Positions 12,707-24,891 of a stretch of 64,000 nucleotides of DNA are shown here, piece by piece (positions within the stretch are counted from its first letter, which is position 1; each line of letters starts with the position of its first letter). The DNA lies in NCBI GenBank assembly GCA_964016885.1, contig OZ024746.1:90520001-90584000 (forward strand), in the 5' to 3' direction. The notes beneath the pieces are model-generated. The model ran no database searches and was not told the origin of the DNA. It worked only from the letters and a program-made list of their open reading frames with translations. Source of the DNA: Eledone cirrhosa (taxonomy: Eukaryota). Made by a program: the position numbers and the translations under genes.

Positions 12707-13383
12707 AGCCACATAAGATGTGGCTCAACATAAGCTGGGTCACATAGGATGTGGCTCAACATAAGGTGGGTCACATAGGATGTGGCTCAACATAAGGTGG
12801 GTCACATAGGTTGTGGCACAACATAAGGTGCGTCACATAGGATGTGGCACAACATAAGGTGCGTCACATAGGATGTGGATCAACATAAGGCAGGCCACAT
12901 AGGATGTGGCTCATCATAAGGTGGGCCACATAGGATGTGGCTCAACATAAGGTGGGTCACATAGGATGTGGCTCATTATAAGGTGGGCCACATAGGATGT
13001 GGCTCATTATAAGGTGGGCCACATAGGATGTGGCTCAACATAAGGTGGGCCACATAGGATGTGGTTCATAATAAGGTGGGCCACATAGGATGTGGCTCAT
13101 CATAAGGTGGGCCACATAGGATGTGGCTCAACATAAGGTTGGTCACATAGGATGTGGCTCATCATAAGACAGGCCACATAGGATGTGGGTCATCATAAGG
13201 TGGACCACATAGGATGTGGCTCATTATAAGGTGGACCGCATAGGATGTGGCTCAATATAAGGTGGACCACATAGGATGTGGCTCATTATAAGGTGGGCCA
13301 CATAGGATGTGGCTCATTATAAGGTGGGCCACATAGGATGTGGCTCATTATAAGGTGGACCACATAGGATGTGGCTCAACATA
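12707..13383. repeat. 31-bp minisatellite (~22 units) with an internal hairpin, inside a probable hAT-like MITE (~12678-13475)
   Basis: Unit gccacataggatgtggctcaacataaggtgg; left flank caggcaggggcaaccttttt resembles hAT termini. Confidence 0.9.
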
Positions 13384-13685
13384 AAACAGGCTGCACTACT
13401 GAAAAATTCAAGGCAATTTTGAAATCAGGCATGCCAATTGAAAAAGCCCAACAGACTGCAGTTTGCAGCACTTTCATTGTTAATAGTAATAATATATTGT
13501 GCTCATGCCATTAATATTATCATCACTTGTATCACAATTGTTGTCATCTCTTCTGTTATCTGTTCATCATCTTTCCTCTCCACCAACACCGTCATCACCA
13601 TCATTGTTTAGACATCAACATTTGTCATGACGGTTTAATGTTAAATATGTAGCATAAACAAAGATACACACATGGATATATAACA

Positions 13686-14063
13686 CAGTGGTTCTCAACG
13701 GTGGGCCAAGGGCCCACTCAGTGGGCCTGGGACAATTTTGAGTGGGCCCAGAGAAATTTCAGTGGGCCTGGAAATTTTTTCAGACTTTCTTGGAACTTAA
13801 GATCACACAAAATTTAAATGCAGTCGGGATCATATGGGGGTAAGTGTTCCAGAATGCTCTTTGAGCACTGACCCTGGCAATTTCTAGGAAGTAAAGTGGG
13901 CCGGGAGAACAAAAAGATTGAGAAGCAGTAGTATATATATCATGTGGGAGTTATAGTCCGGAATAGTTTTTGAGCACTAGTTTACGCTTGTAAAATAAGT
14001 GGGCCCGGACATTTTTCGGGAGTTAAAAGTGGGCCCGGGGGTCAAAATGGTTGAGAAACAGTG
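13686..14063. mobile_element. hAT (Charlie-like) MITE with perfect 8-bp TSD
   Basis: Termini CAGTGGTTCTCAAC / GTTGAGAAACAGTG; ATATAACA at both 13678-13685 and 14064-14071; multiple GTGGGCC subterminal motifs. Confidence 0.9.
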
Positions 14064-14244
14064 ATATAACAGGTGTCATACAGCTTCTATTTTAATTGAC
14101 AAGGCATTGATCAGCTGAAGGCTATTAAAGAAGATATTTACCCTAGATGACATACAGTAGAACTGAAACTATGTGGTTGCAAAGTAAGCAAAGTTCTTAA
14201 CCACACAATTATGTAGGATGGGGGTAATAGTTGTAAATATAACG

Positions 14245-14460
14245 GTTTAAGATTTAGACACAAGGTCAGCAATTTTAGGGGATGGGAAAGTTGATTAAAT
14301 TGACACCAGTGCGTGACTGGTACTTTATTTTATCGACCTTGTAAGGATGAAAGATATAGCTAACTTCGATGGGATTTGAACTCAGAAAGCAAAGGGCTGT
14401 AACTTTATGCCACAAAGCAGGGTGTCTGATGCTCTACTGATACTGCCAATCCACTGCCCT
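14245..14460 (-). mobile_element. SINE family B (long form)
   Basis: Matches 45852-46060 in reverse. Confidence 0.75.
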
Positions 14461-16138
14461 AGTTGTAACTATAATAAAATAAAAATCAATTTGTTGTTTA
14501 CCTATTCAGAAACTAAAGGAGTTTTTCAGTGGAACTGATGGCCATTATGTGGACAGTAAAATATAGTAAACATTACAAACACAAGAGACCCAAGAACAAG
14601 AGTAAAACCCTATAATGGACCCTTATTTAAGAGCTACTTAAGCAGACTAATTTAACAGAATTGCTTACTAAGCTAAACTTGTAATGAAAGAAGAAATTAG
14701 CTAGCTATTTCCAGTGCAAATTGGTTGTTTTGAAGACCATGATATTAATAGGCAATTAAAATGCTATCAATAAAGCTATAATTACTCTGGGCTATTAATT
14801 TTCACAAGCTGATATTTAAAAAAATGTTTTCTTATTTTAGCACAATCTATTTATTTTCTGACCTATCTCTCTTATAGCAAACATATGATAGAATATAAAT
14901 TCTGAGTCAGTATAATGGATATTTTTTCTTCATACTTGCCTGACAGCCTTAACCTTGTTCTATCAACTAGAATATCATTCTGAGTTGTCATCAGTGTCTC
15001 TACTTCATATATTTATAAATTACTCCTAACCATTAGCAGATAATACAAACATACCAATTATTTTATATCAAAATACTCAAATATATTCCTAGGATAAAAT
15101 TGCATAAAAATAATAAAGAATTTAATATTTAGTCAAACATACAGAAAACAAAAGCAGTATTGGAAAGGACTATAAATGCTATAAATGAGAAGAAAAGGAG
15201 AGGGAAAGAGGGTGACAAACTCTACACCTAGATCAGAACAGTGGTTCAGGTGCACCCCACATCCAGCATTCAGTCTAATTTGTTCTAACAGTCCATTCAT
15301 AACTCTAAAAAGGAATTAAATGTATGATATTTTAAAATTTTGTTTTTATACTGTTTAAATTCAGTTTACCCTTTTAAAATGTGTAGTAGCACAAAACCTA
15401 TTGCTAACAGGTAAAGTTTCACTAACTTATTTCTTTGTCCTATAAAACTATGTTCCTCACTACACACACATACATACAAGAGTTCATAGTCAGCACTTAG
15501 TCTTGGGCACAATAGTGCTAGCAGGTGAATAGCAAATTTATACAGAGAGAGAGAGAGAGAAGGGGAATGACAGAGAAGAACCAGGGAAGAGATAAAGGAA
15601 AGAATTGACTCCTGAACAGAGCTGTTACATTTTATCAATCTCGAAAGGATAAAAGGTAAAGTTAACCTCGGTGGGATTTGAGCTGAGAGAGTGCAGAACT
15701 GGAAACAATATTACACAACATTCTATTAGATATTTTAATGACTCTACCAATTTGCCATATATGTATGTATGGTTCCGTAACTCCTAATGGAGTCGTAGGA
15801 ACACTGTAGTGACATACAGCATTTCTTGGGCATTCTACGCCTGGCAGAGCCCACCCCTCTTCAGGTCTAAACACAAAGAATCTCTTCCAGAGAGAGGAAG
15901 AATCAATCCCAGTAATAGACTTAAGTTGACCTTGGTGGGATTTGAACTCAGAGAGTGCAGAGCAGAAAAAAATACTCCAAAACATTCTATCAGACATTGT
16001 AATGATTCTGCCAATTTGCCCCCAACTTGAGTATATACATATATCTAATAAATGTGTGTATTTAAATATGTACTTATATATGCATGTATATATGTGTATA
16101 TCTATCTATGTATTTATGTATGTATCTAAGTATGTATA

Positions 16139-16169
<31 letters not shown>

Positions 16170-16379
16170 CCAAATACTGACTGACATACACATATATACA
16201 AATGCAAATATTTATTTAGGAATAATTTTATAAATTATTAATGGTTCAAGTTATTTATGTATGCAGTATTAGATGTCATGTAAACAACATTCCAATATGA
16301 TATTTCATTTTCATAGCAGGATTATCATTAAAAAAATAATTTAATCTTGAGTTGTTGCTTTCAAATAAATGTCTCCACC

Positions 16380-17150
16380 TCCTCCGTTGCCCACTTATTC
16401 CTGAGAGGGTCGTGGAGGGAGAATCCTCAAACATTTCTTTCAGCGGGTCCTGTCAGAAGCACAGTCTTCAACTGATCTGGCTAGATCTCCAAGCAAGACC
16501 AGCCAAGCTCATCATCATCATCATCATCGTTTAACATCTATCTTCCACGCTAACATGGGTTTAGACGGGAATTGTCCCACGTGAGGCAAGATTGGTTGTC
16601 TTGCTCGTATAGGACTGTCTGGCAGGTTTTCTACGGCTGGATGCCCTTCCTAACACCAACCATCTTGCTCGGAGTCTAACTCTGAGTTTCCTGCCGGCTG
16701 GTTCTACCCAGTGATTCTTTCTTGAGACATTCTAACCCCATGTATCAGAGCTGTGGTCTCTCAATATGGAGAAGTAGTGGCTCTACCTGGAGTGACTCTC
16801 TGATCACTGAGTTACACATTCTATCGAGTAACGGTACTCCAAAGACCCCTCGGAGGAACCCCATTTCAGCTGTTTTTATTCATGGTTGTATATTTTCGGT
16901 CATTACCCAAAATTCATGACCATAGGTAAGGGTTGGTACGAATACCGAATTGAAGATAGCGAGTTGGCTTTTTCACCTACCTCCCTTCTAATTATTGAAT
17001 CCTGAAGTTGTTGCATTACTGCACCAGCTCCTGCAATTCTTGCACTTAATCAGCCTCCTGCCTTCCATCACACGGCCCCGAGATACTTGAACTTCTCCAC
17101 CTGTTTCAGTGGGAACTCCATTCATGTGTAGAGTGTACTGAAATAAGATT
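16380..17150 (-). mobile_element. RTE-clade LINE 3' fragment, same family as 7705-8025, interrupted by a SINE piece at 16509-16661
   Basis: Aligns with 7705-8025 (cttattcctgagagggtcgtggagg..gtcctgtcagaagc); upstream minus translation includes LKQVEKFKYLG (RT end) and SVFVPTLTYGHEFW. Confidence 0.85.
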
Positions 17151-17405
17151 TCATATCTTTTCTGTGTCTAATAGATTCATATCATTGAACTCCATATCGT
17201 CTAAGTCTTTCTTGGTTGAATTACTATTTCTCAGATCAATTACTTTTTAAAAATTTACGTGACCCCAAAATCTTGCTCTTCTCTTTCTCCAGTAGCATTC
17301 ACTGTATTTATTTAGCAGTAATAACATAGGAATGTTACTCTGAAGTTTGTATTAGTTGGTCTACTTCATGTCAGTTTTAATATAATCAATAGCTGAAAAA
17401 GTGAC

Positions 17406-17791
17406 ATCATCATCATTTTACGTCCGCTTTTCCCTGCTTGCAAGGGTGGGACGGGAACTGATTCTGGCTTGATTTCTACAGCTGGATGCCCTTCCTAACA
17501 CCAACCTCATTTACAGTGAATGCTGGGTGCTTTATTTTTTCCGTGGCGCCGATACGTCCACTTTACAGTGTGGGCTGGGTGCTTTTTTGCCGTGGCACCT
17601 CCACGACCACTTTGCAGTGGAATGATAGGGACACCAGTCCCTATCATCTCATTTCTGCAACTGAGTAAACTGGAGCAATGTGAAATAAAGTGTCTTGCTC
17701 AAGGAAACAACACATTACCCGGTCTGAGAATTGAACTCACAACCTTTTGATTGCAAGCCCAATGCTCTAACCACTAAGCCATGTGCCTTCA
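17406..17791 (-). mobile_element. Full-length SINE family A
   Basis: Near-identical to 8130-8508. Confidence 0.85.
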
Positions 17792-17919
17792 TGACAATTG
17801 ATGATAATCTCTGACTGCCTGTCTTATTTGCTAAACTAATTTCTAAGCAATATCTGTTTAATCTTAGCTAGGTGAGGCCAAATCAATATTCTGAATTAGG
17901 CTAGTGACACGACATAAAG

Positions 17920-18141
17920 TGCCCAGACCATCCTGTAAGATTTGGTGCCACAATAAAAAGCACCCAGTCCTAACCCAACCTGTAATGTGGTTTGTGTTAG
18001 GAAGGACATCCAGCCATAGAAACCAAGCCAAAATACAGATCCGTATGAGCAAGACGTGGTCTCTGGAACTGACTTGTCTCATAATGTGACAGCGCATCTA
18101 ACCCATGCAAGTGTGGAAGATGTTAAATGATGATGATGATG
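17920..18141 (+). mobile_element. SINE family A 3' part
   Basis: ttaggaaggacatccagc..ctaacccatgcaagtgtgga..(GAT)n. Confidence 0.7.
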
Positions 18142-19066
18142 ATTCCTCACCAGTGTTAACACACACACACACACATACACACACACTGTGTTAGTCTCTG
18201 TCAGAGAAATTAGTGATAAAGTAATTTAGGAACAAATATATTCAACCTGTTAAACAAACTCTTTCCATCGTTAGCAATACAGGCAGCAGTTTTTCCATGT
18301 TTTCCATTCACTACTTTATTATAGTCTAAGTTTATATTCCAAACAATTGGTACTTTCATAACAACCCGGAATATATTAATAGAACTAGTTTAAAATTTTG
18401 ATTGTCATCTTTTTAGATAGAAGGAAATTGACTAGGCCTAACACTCCAGGGACATAGCGACATCTGGTAAACATGAAAACTTGTATGTACAAGTGAAAAT
18501 GTTTTTACTACACTTTAACAGAGATACTAAAGGGGGGAAATTATATGACAAATCAAAAAGTAAATAAGGAAATATAATAACAGTTTGCATTAAAGAGAGG
18601 GAAACTTAAATCTCTTTAGATTTAAGTAGCTGACTACAATTACATTAGACATAGAGTGGTGTCAAATACTTTTTTCTTAATGTCTAAATATATAAATTGT
18701 AAAACAATGTATGTAAAAAGATTATTGGAAATGGGAAAATGAGATACTCCAAAAATAGAGTTAAAGGCCTCATACAACCAAAGATAACAATACAAGACTA
18801 AAACCCATGATTTTAGTGTATAAAATAATTTGTAGAACAAATGATAAAAAATATTGTCAAATTAATTATTAAGAAATATAAATTATCCATGGTGACATGC
18901 AATGTGTTTGCAGAAGTTTTAATGAAAACATGTTTACGAAAACTAAAAGTATGTCTTCTTTATATGAGTTCAAAAATAAATTGATAAATTGTACTACTTT
19001 TAATTAATTGTTTACTGTATTGACATTTCACTTCAAATTTCATATATTACCAACAACCATCACTAT

Positions 19067-19621
19067 AACCCTTTCATTACTGTCTTTCTAATGAAATACA
19101 CTCTATTTTAATTAATTAAAGAAGATTTTTGAGGGATTTACTGAAATTATCAATTATCTTAATGTAAGGTTCTTATATAAAATTATGTTGGAAGATTTTA
19201 ATTTAAATTGGAAACATTTAAATCAGCCATATCCAGCCAGAATTCTCTTACCTCTTTCTGTTCAAATCGGCCATAACCAGCTGCTCATACTGATGTTAAA
19301 GTATTGTTTTCAAAATAAATAACATCAAAATCTCATAGATTCGATATTATGTAAGGTAAAGCCTTTACCATGAAAATACAATAGTAAATATAGAGTAATC
19401 TAAATGCTAAAGGGTTAAAATGGGTGGCTTTATTCCATAGAACCAAAGATGGATTTACTAAAATTATTTATTATTTCATTACTAAGATAGTAACTTAATA
19501 TAAGGTTCTTACATAAAATTATGTTGGAAGATTTAAATCTAAATTGAAAACCTTTAAAATGGGTGGTTTTATTTCATAGAACCAGAGCTGGTTTTGGCCA
19601 GGTTGGTAACTAAATGGTTAA
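19067..19621. mobile_element. TTAA/CCC-ended MITE family 2 with a nested family 1 copy (~19217-19414)
   Basis: taaccctttcattac...taaatggttaa; family 1 right end AAATGCTAAAGGG+TTAA sits at the internal tttaaaatgggt site. Confidence 0.65.
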
Positions 19622-20613
19622 ATACAAAATAAAGCAAACAGATTTTAGAATATAATTTTTAGTATGAGTTTACTTGTAATGTATAAACAGACACCATTTT
19701 TTAAATACTGACAGACAACAAATATCTTCTGCTGTAGATTGTAAAGATAAATTTATCTATCATATGGCTTCTAACTTCCTGTTTTGGGCATGCTGTCTAA
19801 ATCCCCAAAGTAAAGACGAGAAAATGGTGTCCACATTAAAGACTAAAAGTAGTGGTTGAGAGGAAGTTTGAAATTTAGATTTGGCATAGTACCATGTTTT
19901 AGAAGTTGAGACAGAAACATGTGGCAGCCATATTAATGGTTTTAGGAAGATGGTTGAAGGAAGTTTTCAGGTGAGATTTGGCATTATACCAAAGATTGAG
20001 AAGTGGTAGGGCTATGGACAAATAGCAACATAGTCTAACCCATGCTAGTGTGGAAGATAGACGTTAAATGATGATGATGATGATGATCTATGTGTATCTA
20101 ATCCAGCTCTATATCTCATTAGAAACATGTAAAAGGGTCTTGTACGAAAGTAGAGTAACCATCAGATTTAAAGACATATTCCACTCCAACCTGTATTACT
20201 TAGGTTGTCCAAAAATTTAGATCAACTGATTTTATTTGATTTTAGATTTCAAATCCCTCAAGATGGAGATTTTGTCTACTAAGAAAAAGAAGCCATATAT
20301 GGTCATGACTAGCCATAGGTCTTGCACCAATGATTGGCTGATACAGTGTTGCCTTTCCAAAGCATAAACCTGGGCATTGTGTTTTATGGAAGATCAACAG
20401 TTGTCCAAGGGAAAGGTAAACTTATATCTTCTAGTTCAGAAGTTCTCAAAGTAGGCGCTACTGACCCCCACCCCAGGGAGGCGTTGAGATGTGATATAAA
20501 AGTATATTAAATACCAAATAATACATATTATATATAAATATAGTAAAATAAAAAATATATAATATCTATTTATACACAGTATATATTAATGATTTTATTT
20601 ATTATATATATAT

Positions 20614-20949
20614 GGGAGGCACATGGCTTAGTGGTTAGAGCATTGGCCTTGCAATCGAAAGGTTGTGAGTTCAATTCTCAGACCAGGTGATGTGTTGTTT
20701 CCTTGAGCAAGACACTTTATTTCACATTGCTCCAGTTTACTCAGCTGTAGAAATGAGATTCCACTGCAAAGTGGTCGTGGAGGTGCCACGACAAAAAAGC
20801 ACCCAGCCCACACTGTAAAGTGGACGTGTAGGCGCCACGGAAAAAAAAGCACCCAGCACTCACTGTAAATGAGGTTAGTGTTAGGAAGGGCATCCAGCTG
20901 TAGAAATCAAGCCAGGAAGAGCGGACATAAAAATGATGATGATGATGAT
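20614..20949 (+). mobile_element. Full-length SINE family A
   Basis: ggaggcacaTGGCTTAGTGGttagagc..GAGTTCAATTCtc head, CCTTGAGCAAGACACTT centre, (GAT)n tail. Confidence 0.85.
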
Positions 20950-21049
20950 TTACAATTTGTGTGTTGGCAGGTCTCTCTGGGAGGGGGGGGGGGGCACTGA
21001 GGGTATTTCATTGAAGTTTTGTCAGTTCACTATCTTATATATGTATTTA

Positions 21050-21247
21050 GTACATAGGGTTAAAGATATAGACAGCGTCTTTCCTTAGAAATATGGCAAC
21101 AAAAAGGTTAAGCGGTGTCTTTCATTGGAAATATGGTAATAAAAGGGTTAATGACATAGACAGTGTCTTTCATTAGAAATATGGTAATGAAAGGGTTAAT
21201 GACATAGACACTGTCTTTCATTGGAAATATGGTAATGAAAGGGTTAA
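21050..21247. repeat. Tandem ~40-50-bp copies of a MITE family 2 terminus
   Basis: gtgtctttcattggaaatatggtaatgaaagggttaa repeated ~4 times; reverse complement of the terminus at 19067. Confidence 0.75.
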
Positions 21248-21270
21248 ACTAGGTTAAACTCCTATGCAAA

Positions 21271-21480
21271 TAAACTAAACAATAGATAACTTACCTCTAA
21301 TTAACTAAACATCAAATAAAATACCTCTAATTAACTAAATGTTGAATAACTTACCTCTAATTAACTAAACGTCAAATAACTTACCTCTAATTAACTAAAC
21401 ATCAAATAACTTACCTCTAATTAACTAAACATCAAATAACTTACCTCTAATTAACTAAACATCAAATAACTTACCTCTAA
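21271..21480 (-). repeat. 30-bp tandem repeat (7 units) containing the exon's splice donor
   Basis: Minus unit TTAGAG|GTAAGTTATTTGATGTTTAGTTAA. Confidence 0.95.
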
Positions 21481-22628
21481 ACATCTCCGACTTAGAACTG
21501 CTTTTACTTTGTCCTCCAAACATCCCCTACAGGTAAGATGGTGATCAACACAAGATGACCCTTCATCTTCTTTTACTAGGGCTTTGCAAGCTACACATGC
21601 ACCTTTCTTCACTGCTCTTTGATTATCTTCTTCTGCCATTACAGCGGCAGGAATCCATGTTCGTGAAGTTAACATGTGCTTCTTTCTAGGAGAGCCATGA
21701 TCAATGACTGAGGAAACATCCGGAGAATTGTTTGGTGGTGAAGAATCAGGAGAGTGGCAGAATTTTGTCTTTAGCTTTTGACATATGGCCACAGGATGTT
21801 CACTAATGCCATTCTTTTCTTTAATACAATGATAAATAAGATTTGTATTTGATGAAGAATCTGAACAGCAGGGGTCATATTTCGAAGACAACATATTAGC
21901 TGCCTGACTGCATGGAGCACTTGTGTCATTATCTTCTTCTTCTTGTAGTTGTAAACCACTGGCTTTTTGACCAGAACAATTATCTGTAACAGGCTCATCA
22001 ACATTCCATTTACAAATTCCTGAGTTTTGGGGCAAGACATTTTCTTCTTTTTTCATGATCACTTTGTTCTCAGTACTGTCAAAATTAGTTCTAAAATCCA
22101 TACGAGATTCAGAATTCTCCTCTTTGTCTGGTAAACATTTTTCACAAACACTCAATTCATGTGTACATGGCTCACCATCATTTTCCATTGGAGTTTCAAT
22201 CCTTGGAGAAACATCAACAACCATTACTGGTTTAGACTGAGTTTTATTGTGTTCTTCCACTGAGAGAGAAAGACCAAAGTTGTTACCAATGCTTAAAGAT
22301 GTAAGGGAATCACGAGGCTTTATAACAAGCTGATCTGTGGGATCACTATCATCATTGTAGATTTGATTGGAACGCTGACAGAAGTCTGCAAGTTTAATTG
22401 AGGAAATAGTACTTATATCTTGTACATCATCTTCATCCATTTCACAGTGCTGCTCTTCGTTTAGGTGAACAACCTTAGCACTGTCATTTTCTGTTTCTTT
22501 AGATGTTGTACAGTCTATGGTAATGGGTTCTGAAGAAGATTTGTACTGTGATACGAAGATAACATCTCCGTCGTTTGTATCGTCTAAGCCTTCAGAGCCA
22601 ATAATTACCACTTCATCAGAATCGGAAT
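21475..22628 (-). CDS. Large internal coding exon of a SIM-rich, RING-finger protein (RNF216/RBR RING1-like spacing), probable E3 ubiquitin ligase
   Basis: Non-repetitive open frame of ~385 codons; acceptor (CT)n-TTTCTCTAG| at 22629 (phase 1); donor GAG|GTAAGT at 21474 (phase 0); ends CVAC-x11-C-x3-H-x2-C-x2-C; N-part has DEVVII, DVIFV, PITID. Confidence 0.88.
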
Positions 22629-23043
22629 CTAGAGAAAGAGAGAGAGAGAGAGAATTAAGTCAAAGTGGGGAAAGAAGCAAAGACACAAAAACAACAAACA
22701 AACAAAAAAGCAATAACAAATTAATATAAAAACAATATTGAACAAATAAGTGAATGAATAAAAGCATCAACTAATGAATCTATATTTTAGCTAGATTCTT
22801 AATATAATGTTTCGTTAAAGAAAGAAGATAGCTAGAACAATAGTATCGTACCATTTTTTCTTCAAACATTTTCATCCTTTCAGCAGGATTGTAAAAATAA
22901 TTAAGAAAATTATGCTAGACAGGTTTTATATTGTGAAGTCAGTGAGTACATAACTAAATCTCACTTTCATTTGAAAGATGGTGGAATGTGAAGGAGAAAT
23001 ACAGCAGAGATTGAAATTATAACATTGCAAATGGTGTTGATAA

Positions 23044-23322
23044 GACAGGCAGATGGACAGACGGACAGACTGGTAGAGAGATAGATAGAGAGAAAGGCAG
23101 ACAAACAGACAGACAGAGAGAAAGGCAGATAAACAGACAGAGAGAAAGGCAGACAGACAGACAGAGAGAAAGGCAGACAGACAGACAGAGAGAAAGGCAG
23201 ACAAACAGACAGACAGACAGGCAGACAAACAGACAGAGAGAAAGGCAGACGAACAGACAGACAGAAAGGCAGACAAACAGACAGACAGAAAGGCAAACAT
23301 ACAGGTAGACAAACAGACAGAC
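23044..23322. repeat. Compound (GACA)n / 24-bp repeat
   Basis: gacagacagacagagagaaaggca units. Confidence 0.9.
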
Positions 23323-23585
23323 ATTGTAATAAACAAGTTCACTTCACCCCCACCCCCCTCCCCATTATATCACACAATATTTCAAAAAAAAAAAGGAAAA
23401 GAAAAAAAAACAATTTTAAACAAAAGAAAAATATAGTAAAACAAGGATTATAATTATGAAAAAACATACAATGTTGAATGAATATATATATATATATGTA
23501 TATATATGTATAAATTAAGTTATGCACGAATAATTGAAATAGCTACGTACAACCTAGAATGTATGTATATAGCATGCAAATGAGC

Positions 23586-24040
23586 ACACACACACATACA
23601 TATATACACTCATACGTGTATACGTATATACACACATACATATATACACTCATACGTGTATACATATATACACACATACATACACGCACACATACATATA
23701 TATATACACTCATACACACACACACATACATATATACACATACATACACACACACACATACATATATACACACATACATATATACACATACATATACACA
23801 TATAATACATATATACACTCATACATGTATACATATATACAATCATACATACATATATACAATCATACATACATATATACAATCATACATACATATATAT
23901 ATATAATCATACATATATACATGCATACATACATACAATCATACATATATATACACACACACACACATACATATATATATACAATCATACATACATATAT
24001 ATATATATACACATACATACATACATTTATACACTCATAT
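23586..24040. repeat. (CA/TA)n compound microsatellite
   Basis: Direct reading. Confidence 0.9.
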
Positions 24041-24371
24041 GCACACTATGAACCATAAATTTGAGAGGAATGGGGGGGGACAGTGTTTCAGTCTTCTCAC
24101 TACCACCCCTACCCCAACTCTGACTTCATAGCCAGTGGAAGGTGTTGAAAATAGTCGTATAAGAGCTAATTACATTTTATACCAACAAACAGCCTTCCTC
24201 GCCCGCTACACCACACTACATCACATCACCTCCTAAAAAAAAAAAAATAATGATGATGAAGATGATGATGATGATGATGATGATATATAACAAAATTTAA
24301 TTAAATTCATAAAAATAATTAACTGAATATTTGCAAATCACAGAGATTCCATTTCCATTTTCTCTACTAAT

Positions 24372-24555
24372 ATTTTCAACTGATGGTACTATGGAGACTT
24401 CTGGTGTCCTCGGCCCTAGGGCTACCTCCCTACTCACCACCATAGGTGCTTAGCTGGCCAGCTGCAGGAGTGAACCCTGCGGGTTAGAGTGGTTTTTCCA
24501 GCGCGCCTCCCTTGCCGTCCTCCAAGGAAACGCCTTCTCCATCCTGTCCGGGGCT
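24372..24555 (+). mobile_element. CRE-like non-LTR retrotransposon 3' end (restriction-like endonuclease C-terminus)
   Basis: GC-rich island translating METSGVLGPRATSLLTTIGA*LASCRSEPCGLEWFFQRASLAVLQGNAFSILSG, matching the ET.G..G...QR.S.A...GNA motif. Confidence 0.75.
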
Positions 24556-24860
24556 GTGTGTGTGTGGATGGGGTTGGGTGGGGTGGGGTGGGGGTGGGGT
24601 GGGGGTGGGGCATTGCGTAACATTCCATATTTAAGTATGTACACTATCATATACATGCATAATGTGTTTATGAATGGGATTCATGTGAAATTAGTAACAT
24701 CCACCCTTTGATAATGGTGAACTTGTATTGTTCCACAATAGATTCTAGAGAAATTCTATATTCTCTCATTTGAAACTCTCTCTCTCCTTCCTCATATATA
24801 CATATGTACTATATGGCACCCTCATTCCTTCCTAACATATACATACACATATTCTATATA

Positions 24861-24891
<31 letters not shown>

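Noticed and set aside
12707-13383. CRISPR-like periodic palindromic repeats (also 8761-9345 and 59224-64000)
   Set aside because: No unique spacers, no cas genes, eukaryotic context
20614-20690. tRNA gene
   Set aside because: A/B boxes are present but the cloverleaf is imperfect and it continues into a SINE body found in many copies
21451-21474. ORF-track C-terminus VSYLMFS* and GTG start at 22611
   Set aside because: The frame is bounded by consensus splice sites, so these are intronic read-through and an internal Val
22845-22900. Possible small upstream exon MKMFEEKM|gtacga
   Set aside because: Phase 0 donor is incompatible with the phase 1 acceptor at 22629, and the donor is weak
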